From IMG/VR virus record IMGVR_UViG_3300027747_002198, positions 97,800 to 161,799 of that record: a stretch of DNA of 64,000 bases, one strand, 5' to 3'. Source of the stretch: a virus. Shown here piece after piece: positions 57,319 through 64,000 of the stretch (the first letter of the stretch is position 1; every line of letters starts with the position of its first letter). The position numbers and the translations under genes were made by a program. The notes beneath the pieces are model-generated. The model made no database searches. It was not told where the DNA came from and was given only the letters and a program-made list of their open reading frames with translations.

Positions 57319-58452
57319 ATGGCACTAGCACCTACAGGATCCATCTCAGCATCACAAGTCAATTCAGAATTGGGCAGATCATCTACCGCTCAATTTAGTT
57401 GGGGTGATGCGACTTTTAAAAAATTAGTCATGGAATCTGGACCTATTGATTTAGGTGCAGCAAGAGGTTCTGCTTATATCAACAGTAACCGAGAAAATTT
57501 AAACTTATTTTCTGCCATTGGTTCACCTTCTGTTACAACCACTTACAAAATCTTATTTGAATCTGGTGTTACTGTTGGTGGCACACATGGAAATAGTGCA
57601 TTATATGTTGGAGATTTTCCTGCAGGATCTACCGTACTTATCAATAATTATGGTAACATACTAGGTGCTGGTGGTTATGGCGGTGGTTATTATAGTAGTG
57701 GTGAACAAGGTGGCACAGCAATCAATGCAGCATATGGTAATGAATCTATTGTAATTAATAATTATGGTTTGATATATGGTGGCGGTGGCGGCGGAGGTTC
57801 CGGTGGTGCCGGTGGTACCGGTGGCCAAGGTGGTGGAGGATATTATTACCAAGGTTATGAAGTATATGACCGAGGAAACGGTTATTATGTGGTTCAGAAT
57901 TTAGATAAAAACGGAGGTCAAACAGGCTACGCCGTGTATTGGGCAGGAAATAATGTGACGGGTAACGGGTTTTATTACCAAGGCGGTTACGAACAAAGTG
58001 ACTACTCATCTAACAAATATGCATCATGGACTTCAGCAAACTATTGGAACGTAGGAAGTTATTATCCAGTATATACCAATGGTGGTGGCGGTGGCGGAGG
58101 CGGATCTGGTGGTGCCGGGGGTCGTGGATATGGATATGATGGTGGAAATAGTGGTGGATCTGGTGGAAATCCTGGAAATGGTGGTGGTGCGCCAGATACA
58201 AATGCAGGTTGGGGTGGACAAGGTGGTACCGGTGGTACTGGAGGCACAGGCGGCGGATGGGGTTCTGCCGGCAATCAGGGTGATACAGGAAATTACGGAT
58301 TTACCGGAGGCAACGGAAACAACGGCGGCGGATATGGCGGATCTTCTGGATATGGTGGTGCATCCGGTGGTTCTGCTGGATTATATCTATATAAAGCAGG
58401 ACAAAATGTAACACTTAACAATTATGGAGGCCTCGCAGGAGGATTAGCATGA
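57319..58452 (+). CDS. glycine-rich tail-fibre adhesin (gp38-like)
   Basis: MALAPTGSISASQVNSELG N-terminus; INNYGNILGAGG, GGTAI, INNYGLIYGGGGGG polyglycine motifs with Tyr-rich loops. Confidence 0.7.
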   Translation: MALAPTGSISASQVNSELGRSSTAQFSWGDATFKKLVMESGPIDLGAARGSAYINSNRENLNLFSAIGSPSVTTTYKILFESGVTVGGTHGNSALYVGDFPAGSTVLINNYGNILGAGGYGGGYYSSGEQGGTAINAAYGNESIVINNYGLIYGGGGGGGSGGAGGTGGQGGGGYYYQGYEVYDRGNGYYVVQNLDKNGGQTGYAVYWAGNNVTGNGFYYQGGYEQSDYSSNKYASWTSANYWNVGSYYPVYTNGGGGGGGGSGGAGGRGYGYDGGNSGGSGGNPGNGGGAPDTNAGWGGQGGTGGTGGTGGGWGSAGNQGDTGNYGFTGGNGNNGGGYGGSSGYGGASGGSAGLYLYKAGQNVTLNNYGGLAGGLA

Positions 58453-58763
58453 GTCAATTTAATTATACAATAGACGAATTCGATGCGGAATTAAAAACAT
58501 TAAAAGTAACTTTTGATGATGGTAGTTGGGCTAAAATTCAATTAAGAGAACCAATACCAACAACGGAACAAGAAGTTGATGATGTTGTTAAACATTACAC
58601 AGCCACAAAAGAGCAGGTTGCTGCAAGAACAGGAACAGCAAATGTAAATTTTATTGGTGCAATGGTCGGCCAAAATAGAACCGCAGAAAGATTTAGTACA
58701 AGTACGGCTACGTTTTTGCCTATTCCGCCAGATATTTCAAATCCAAATGAAGTCATATTATGA
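58449..58763 (+). CDS. hypothetical protein, possible fibre-associated chaperone
   Basis: ATGA-coupled to the adhesin. Confidence 0.55.
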   Translation: MSQFNYTIDEFDAELKTLKVTFDDGSWAKIQLREPIPTTEQEVDDVVKHYTATKEQVAARTGTANVNFIGAMVGQNRTAERFSTSTATFLPIPPDISNPNEVIL

Positions 58764-59278
58764 TTTTGGCATCTACAAAAACTACGCCAAATTTTAGTTA
58801 TGGCATAGGAATAATGTCACCTGGAGAAACAATAACATGTTCAATGTCTGCAGATGGTGAATTTAATCAAATAATTTATCTTATTGATGACACAGAAGCA
58901 AATTGCACTCCACTAGATGCAGGTTCTGCGTTAGGTACAAAACATTTAACTCCTGGTGTAAATGATTTGTCAGAATACATGAATGTGCCTGTTGAATTTA
59001 AAAATTGGTATTTTGGAACAGATTTGGATGTAGGATCAAAATATTTTGCAATTAAACCTAGACCAATGACAGATCGTTATAAATTATCGGTAATTGAAGA
59101 TAACCAAACTATTACAGGAAGTTCGAACGGAACATTTATTATTTCTTTTACGTCTAGATTAGTGGTAAATGGCAACACTAAAATTGATGCTTTAAGAAAC
59201 GCTACAGTTCCCGAGGGAAAAACAGTAACCGTCAATGTGACACCTGGTGAAATGGGATTTTTACTTGAAAAGGTATAA
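58760..59278 (+). CDS. hypothetical beta-rich protein (paralog 1)
   Basis: Shares QIxY..GVNDxxEY..IxPxPMxxRYK with the next gene. Confidence 0.7.
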   Translation: MILASTKTTPNFSYGIGIMSPGETITCSMSADGEFNQIIYLIDDTEANCTPLDAGSALGTKHLTPGVNDLSEYMNVPVEFKNWYFGTDLDVGSKYFAIKPRPMTDRYKLSVIEDNQTITGSSNGTFIISFTSRLVVNGNTKIDALRNATVPEGKTVTVNVTPGEMGFLLEKV

Positions 59279-59281
59279 CGA

Positions 59282-59860
59282 ATGGTTGTACATAAAATAT
59301 TAGACGCAAAAAGATTTATTGCTTGTCACGGTTATGCTTCCGCAAATGAACAAATAGTTGCACCAAATACATTTTCTGGTGGTTTTGGCCAAATAATGTA
59401 TATCTTAACTGGTTCAGCAACAATTTCTCCCACAGATTCAAACTCACCAGTATTACCTAAAACATTTCATGTTGGCGTAAATGATATTACCGAATATTAT
59501 GGTACACCCTGTACATATACAGCAGGACCGGATGGAGGAACTTGGATTTGTATTAATCCAATTCCAATGAATGCTAGATATAAAATGACAGAGTTGGTAG
59601 ACGGCCAAGTAATACATGGAGATTTAGTGGAAAAAACCGTAATATGTTTTTCTGGCACAATTGAAGCAAACGATAAAAAAATAGAAAATATGAATTATGC
59701 AAGAATTACAAGCAATAAAGTGGTTAAAATAAAGATACCAAATAAATCTGTAGCCGTTTTATTGGAAAGAATACAAGGAACAAATATTGAAAGATTGTCT
59801 GAAAATCCACCAAAAAATGTGCCGGACATTTATAAAGATGTCGTTACACGAGAATTATAG
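59282..59860 (+). CDS. hypothetical beta-rich protein (paralog 2)
   Basis: Shares QIxY..GVNDxxEY..IxPxPMxxRYK with the previous gene. Confidence 0.7.
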   Translation: MVVHKILDAKRFIACHGYASANEQIVAPNTFSGGFGQIMYILTGSATISPTDSNSPVLPKTFHVGVNDITEYYGTPCTYTAGPDGGTWICINPIPMNARYKMTELVDGQVIHGDLVEKTVICFSGTIEANDKKIENMNYARITSNKVVKIKIPNKSVAVLLERIQGTNIERLSENPPKNVPDIYKDVVTREL

Positions 59861-59871
59861 TTAATATAAAC

Positions 59872-59900
59872 TTGACATATATAATTAAAACCATTATAAT
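59872..59900 (+). promoter_or_regulatory. consensus sigma70 promoter
   Basis: TTGACA-N17-TATAAT. Confidence 0.75.
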
Positions 59901-59908
59901 ATACGAAT

Positions 59909-60937
59909 ATGAAAACCCGTCCACTTAAAAATTATAGTTCATCCGTAGGTGTGGAAGCCTATGATGTTGATTTTAAATGCCAAGAAGAAATAATGGCATT
60001 AGGTAAACTTGTTTCTGAACAATGTGTCGTTGCCGTTAATCAAGAAATTCCTACACAAACACTCCTTGAAACTATGACCTCATGGGGATCACCTAGTCAA
60101 GCATTAATTCATAGTTATGTTGTACAACGAAAATTAAGTGGTCGACATTGGAGAGAAATATTATTAAACTTAGGTTATATTACGGATGACATTAAAGATA
60201 TGGCAGCCGCCGTAAGTATGGTGAGTTATAAAAAAGGTGAAAAGAATCGACCAAAAGGAATTTTTGCAAATGGTGAATTGGATTGGCATAGTGACCAATG
60301 TGCCTTTGACGATTCCCCTAGAGTTATTGGATTACAGAGCGTTTCAGATACCGTAAATAGTGCTACACAATTTTTATGCACGCATGATGCGTTTGAAGCA
60401 TTGAGCTCTGATATGAAAAGCATGGTAAAAGAATTAGTATGTAAACATAAATGGCAAGATAATGTAATGGCGCCAGGTTTAAATGAGGTGCAGACATTAA
60501 TCATTCATTATAATATGGTACCCCTCGATGGCATGGAAACTAGACTGTATGCGGAATCGGTTACTGGTCTATCGGGCATTAAATTCCCAAGCCACAGTTT
60601 TGATGGATTTGTAGGAATGTCTAGAGAAGAAAGTGATAAAATATTAAAAGAACTTGCTGGTGATATTTACAAAGACAAATATGTACATACGCAAAATTGG
60701 CAAGATGGACAAATTGTGTTTATGGACCAAGAAATTACATTACATAAACGACCAACTAATATTTTAGATGGTGATAAGAGGACAATGGCAAGAGCTATTA
60801 CTTATTGGGACAAATTATATCCAGAAAAATCTCCACATAAAACTGTACGAGTTGATGGCGTAGAATATTCACTTGATGATTTTTGTAAATTGGTTGACGC
60901 AGACAGAAAAAAAAGGTTTGAACTTACAGGTATTTAA
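59909..60937 (+). CDS. TauD/TfdA-family Fe(II)/2OG dioxygenase
   Basis: WHSDQ, TQF, WQDGQIVFMDQEITLHKR..RTMAR. Confidence 0.85.
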   Translation: MKTRPLKNYSSSVGVEAYDVDFKCQEEIMALGKLVSEQCVVAVNQEIPTQTLLETMTSWGSPSQALIHSYVVQRKLSGRHWREILLNLGYITDDIKDMAAAVSMVSYKKGEKNRPKGIFANGELDWHSDQCAFDDSPRVIGLQSVSDTVNSATQFLCTHDAFEALSSDMKSMVKELVCKHKWQDNVMAPGLNEVQTLIIHYNMVPLDGMETRLYAESVTGLSGIKFPSHSFDGFVGMSREESDKILKELAGDIYKDKYVHTQNWQDGQIVFMDQEITLHKRPTNILDGDKRTMARAITYWDKLYPEKSPHKTVRVDGVEYSLDDFCKLVDADRKKRFELTGI

Positions 60938-60943
60938 TATATT

Positions 60944-61777
60944 ATGAAAAAAATTCTTATTATGGGTTTGCCTGGTTCAGGTAAAACAACATTGGCCGAG
61001 GCACTAAAAAAATATTTGGAAGAAAATGGAGAAATCTCCTACAATAGAGCTCTATTAGAACCTGTAGATTGTAATGTAAAAGTAAATTGGTTTAATGCTG
61101 ATGTGATCCGTAAAAAATATAATGATTGGGATTTTTCAAACGCTGGTCGTATTCGCCAATCATTAAGAATGGCACAGTTTGCCATAGAATCTGGTGGCGA
61201 TTATGTTATCTGTGATTTTGTAGCACCTTTAGTTGAAATGAGAAATAACTTTAAAGCCGATTGGACCATTTGGATGGATACAATTGATAAAGGTCGTTTT
61301 GATGATACCAATAAGGCTTTCATTTCGCCAGAGGTATATGATTTCCGTATCACAGAACAAAATGCCGACAAGTGGGCTGAATTTATTGGCAACCACATTA
61401 TTGAAAATCGTAGGCGTCCTACATTCGATTGGCAAAAAGAAACTGTGCAGATGTTAGGACGTTGGCAACCGTGGCATCAAGGACACAGAGCTCTATTTGA
61501 AAGAGCTATTGCCAAAACCGGCCAAGTGTGTATAATGATAAGAGATTGTCAAGGTTGGCAAGGTTCCAATCCATTTGCAATTGAACAAGTTAAATCCTAC
61601 ATTAAAAAAGATTTGGATCCATTATTTCAAGGCCAATATGAAATACAAGTTGTACCAAATATTACCAATATCACATATGGTCGTGATGTTGGATATAAAA
61701 TTGAAAAAGAAGAATTTGATGATGAAACAACAAATATTAGTGCGACAAAAATTAGAAAAGAAATGGGGTTAAAATGA
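60944..61777 (+). CDS. adenylylsulfate-kinase-like P-loop domain fused to a cytidylyltransferase-like domain
   Basis: GLPGSGKTT, NADVIR, DFSNAGRIRQ, DFVAP; GRWQPWHQGH..ISATKIR. Confidence 0.8.
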   Translation: MKKILIMGLPGSGKTTLAEALKKYLEENGEISYNRALLEPVDCNVKVNWFNADVIRKKYNDWDFSNAGRIRQSLRMAQFAIESGGDYVICDFVAPLVEMRNNFKADWTIWMDTIDKGRFDDTNKAFISPEVYDFRITEQNADKWAEFIGNHIIENRRRPTFDWQKETVQMLGRWQPWHQGHRALFERAIAKTGQVCIMIRDCQGWQGSNPFAIEQVKSYIKKDLDPLFQGQYEIQVVPNITNITYGRDVGYKIEKEEFDDETTNISATKIRKEMGLK

Positions 61778-62427
61778 CCTTCAATTTCTGTCCACCCAAA
61801 GTCCTTGCTGACTTAAAATCCGAAACTTTTCCCGATGGTAAGCGCTATTATACACTAGAAGATGGTACAAAATTACCATCGGTAACTACTGTGCTTGGTG
61901 CTCAAAAGAAAGAAGCCATCATGAAATGGCGCAAACGAGTTGGTGAAGAAGAAGCCAATCGTGTATCACGCAAAGCAACTTCAAGAGGTACTAATGTTCA
62001 CACTTTATGTGAACGATATTTAAATAATGAATCTTTAGGCGATATTATGCCTGATGCGGTTGAAATGTTTCGCTCTCTCAAACCATTGCTAAATAGAATT
62101 GATAACATTCATTATCAAGAATGTGCATTGTGGTCTAAACAATTAGGCATGGCAGGTCGTGTAGACTGTATCGGTGAGTTTGATGGTGTATTATCTGTGA
62201 TTGATTTTAAAACATCAAAGAAGATTAAAACATCAGCAGACATTGAAGATTATTATTGGCAGACTGCTGCATATGCTTTGATGTACGAAGAAATGATTGG
62301 CGTACCAATTGATAATTTAGTAATTATTATGGCAGTTGAGGATGAACAACCATTATTGTTTAAGCAAAAAACTGCTGATCACATTCATGGTTTAGTGAAA
62401 GCAATTAATTTTTATAAGAATCAGTAA
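61774..62427 (+). CDS. Cas4/RecB-like PD-(D/E)xK exonuclease
   Basis: PSVTTVL, RGTNVH, AGRVDC, IDFKTS, QTAAY. Confidence 0.9.
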   Translation: MTFNFCPPKVLADLKSETFPDGKRYYTLEDGTKLPSVTTVLGAQKKEAIMKWRKRVGEEEANRVSRKATSRGTNVHTLCERYLNNESLGDIMPDAVEMFRSLKPLLNRIDNIHYQECALWSKQLGMAGRVDCIGEFDGVLSVIDFKTSKKIKTSADIEDYYWQTAAYALMYEEMIGVPIDNLVIIMAVEDEQPLLFKQKTADHIHGLVKAINFYKNQ

Positions 62428-62575
62428 GATTTCCTGTTTAGATTAAAACAGGTGGTGGGTCGGACTTTTATGTAAAAAAATGGAGAAATTAATATCTATA
62501 GTTACCAATGCCGTTAGTTAAACTGTTGTGGAGAAGCCTCCAGTACCAATTTCATCATTATTACCACAATAATCA

Positions 62576-62604
62576 TTGACTTTCACTAAATACTACTGTA
62601 TAAT
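62576..62604 (+). promoter_or_regulatory. sigma70-type promoter
   Basis: TTGACT-N17-TATAAT. Confidence 0.65.
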
Positions 62605-62630
62605 ACAAATATAGAGTAAAGGAATTAATT

Positions 62631-62762
62631 ATGAAAGTTAACAAAATCATTAAAAAAATGTACGAAGCTTGCATTAAACACGATAAAGAGAAAGAAAAGA
62701 AACTCTGGTTTAAAGCAATTAAAAAATCTCTCAAAGGTAAACATACTGAATCTATAAAATAA
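62631..62762 (+). CDS. small basic protein (not in ORF track)
   Basis: AAGGA RBS; MKVNKIIKKMYEAC, 43 aa. Confidence 0.55.
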   Translation: MKVNKIIKKMYEACIKHDKEKEKKLWFKAIKKSLKGKHTESIK

Positions 62763-62894
62763 ATTATTTGCTGTACCTGACGGCCGAACCGATTACTCTG
62801 GTAGCGCCGTCAGTTTCTTAAAACCCTCCACAAAAGTCAGAAGTACTTGGAGACCAAGATAACGGTTTATCGTTATCGTAATCAAAAAGGAGAT

Positions 62895-63428
62895 ATGATG
62901 CGCTTAGCAAATCAAATCCGTAGTACAATTATAGTTTTATTATCACTAACATTAATTACTGTAATGAGTGTTAATCCAATTTCAACAGCACTTGCTCAAG
63001 AAATTATTTCTCAACAAGTCAGTAATAATTTTAATCGTGAAGTTCAATGCCTTGCTGAAAATATTTACTATGAATCGGGTAATGAATCTTATGAAGGCAA
63101 ATTAGCCGTAGCACAAGTAACGATCAACCGTGTTAACTCAGGTAAATTTTCTTCATCTATTTGTGGTGTTGTTAATCAGAAAGATACTATAAATGGTTCA
63201 ATCGTATGCCAATTTTCATGGGTATGTTCTTCATTAAAAGGTATGATTCGGAATAAATACCAATGGGAAGAATCTCAACTAGTTGCAAAAAGAGCATTGA
63301 CAAGTAATGTTGCTCACGATTTAGTATATCAACAAAATGCGTTATATTACCACGCAAACTATGTTAATCCTGGTTGGAAATTAACCAGAGTGGGCCAAAT
63401 AGGTAACCATATCTTTTATAGAAAATAA
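62895..63428 (+). CDS. SleB-like cell wall hydrolase (Hydrolase_2)
   Basis: Signal/TM, CLAENIYYES, VAQVTINRV, CQFSW, ALYYHANYVNPGW, IGNHIFY; AAGGAG RBS. Confidence 0.9.
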   Translation: MMRLANQIRSTIIVLLSLTLITVMSVNPISTALAQEIISQQVSNNFNREVQCLAENIYYESGNESYEGKLAVAQVTINRVNSGKFSSSICGVVNQKDTINGSIVCQFSWVCSSLKGMIRNKYQWEESQLVAKRALTSNVAHDLVYQQNALYYHANYVNPGWKLTRVGQIGNHIFYRK

Positions 63429-63432
63429 TAAA

Positions 63433-63633
63433 ATGGGTTTTTTCAGAATAAGCAAATATACCAAAGATGGTGACATTATGCTGAATTATTTTAAAGAATT
63501 AAAAGGTGGTGGTATGAGAACGGGCTTGCCTCCTATCACATCACAGACTATAATGATGAATGAAGATGAAATTAACGATTTGATAAAGGTACTACAAGAT
63601 TATGCCAACGAAGGACGAAATACGCAATTTTAG
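63433..63633 (+). CDS. hypothetical protein
   Basis: Fills the gap before gp33. Confidence 0.5.
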   Translation: MGFFRISKYTKDGDIMLNYFKELKGGGMRTGLPPITSQTIMMNEDEINDLIKVLQDYANEGRNTQF

Positions 63634-63823
63634 TTTGATGATAGATGAACTAGCGGTAAATTTAAAATGTACTCGCATGGATGCTATTCTACATCATTGC
63701 AAAGAAACTGGTTTGGAAGTAGAAGTTGCCAGTACATTAATTTCTACCGCACTTAAAGCTCGTATTAAAGAAGAAGCACAAGAACTTAACCTAATTAAGA
63801 AAACTTCTCGCTTGCCAATATGA
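63602..63823 (+). CDS. gp33: late transcription co-activator (T4 gp33-like)
   Basis: FSLMIDE..MDAILHHC..LKARIKEEAQELNLI..RLPI; adjacent to gp59. Confidence 0.85.
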   Translation: MPTKDEIRNFSLMIDELAVNLKCTRMDAILHHCKETGLEVEVASTLISTALKARIKEEAQELNLIKKTSRLPI

Positions 63824-64000
63824 CCGATAATACCGGATTTGAAGCGTATGCATTGTGGAATGCCTTGAAGCTTCACTTTACTTCTGATTCATACGATTAT
63901 TTTAAATACAATGGTAAAACGAATGTGTCAAAACAAACTTTTACCACAAATAAATCTAAATATCATTTTTATAGGCTTTCTCGTAAATATCTACCAGAAG
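63820..64000 (+). CDS. gp59: helicase loader (T4 gp59-like), 3'-truncated
   Basis: GFEAYALWNALKLHFTSDSYDYFKYNGK..KYHFYRLSRKY. Confidence 0.85.
   Translation, partial: MTDNTGFEAYALWNALKLHFTSDSYDYFKYNGKTNVSKQTFTTNKSKYHFYRLSRKYLPE

Noticed and set aside
57661-58440. GGT/GGC-rich repeats and the Pro-rich reverse ORF
   Set aside because: Explained by polyglycine codons of the adhesin.
62776-62846. Short resemblances to 5S rRNA (CCGAAC, GTAGCGCCG, TCAGAAGT) and to the c-di-GMP-I riboswitch 3' hairpin
   Set aside because: Motif order and length do not fit 5S rRNA, and the GCAAA/GNRA first hairpin of the riboswitch is absent.
4-63876. Numerous - strand and alternate-frame ORFs in the track (e.g. 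14595..15068, 50324..50782, 13585..13842, 22742..23149)
   Set aside because: They shadow well-supported + strand genes and lack RBS or motifs. Only 28168..28701, 36403..36549 and the embedded Rz1 have independent support.
1-64000. Alternative genetic code, tRNA genes, integrase or prophage boundary
   Set aside because: Core genes are full length in the standard code. I saw no tRNA fold, integrase or host housekeeping block by eye; tRNAscan/Aragorn would confirm.

Overview
This is a 64-kb segment of a large, AT-rich, T4-like (Tevenvirinae/cyanomyophage-like) dsDNA phage. The host is Gram-negative, given an Rz/Rz1 spanin pair and a GH19 endolysin, and possibly a freshwater betaproteobacterium (inference). 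Nearly all genes are on the + strand. Layout: (1) 0.7-10.1 kb, a sugar-synthesis and glycosyltransferase island; (2) 10.2-20.4 kb, late genes behind T4-type (N)ATAAATA promoters, several with N-termini resembling the T4 capsid-targeting sequence; (3) 20.6-22.5 kb, lysis cassette; (4) 22.5-31.5 kb, primase, nrdA/nrdB, GIY-YIG nucleases and RNase H; (5) 31.7-54.8 kb, an early/middle region of many small genes, a CobT-like vWA and CobS-like AAA pair, and sigma70-type promoters; (6) 54.8-64 kb, a PurD-like ATP-grasp, a glycine-rich adhesin cassette, TauD, CysC, a Cas4-like exonuclease, an SleB-like hydrolase, gp33 and gp59. The most notable signals are: a shared, covarying ~67-nt late-promoter/structured leader on two unrelated homing endonuclease genes; an 8-copy YGTTG-N8-CAACA palindrome, six copies of which are helically phased with their promoters; twin bulged-A RNA hairpins; and a putatively capsid-packaged ligase-like/nuclease-like/nucleotidyltransferase-kinase module. 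I saw no tRNA, rRNA or CRISPR array. All family assignments come from motif recognition by eye, not from database searches.
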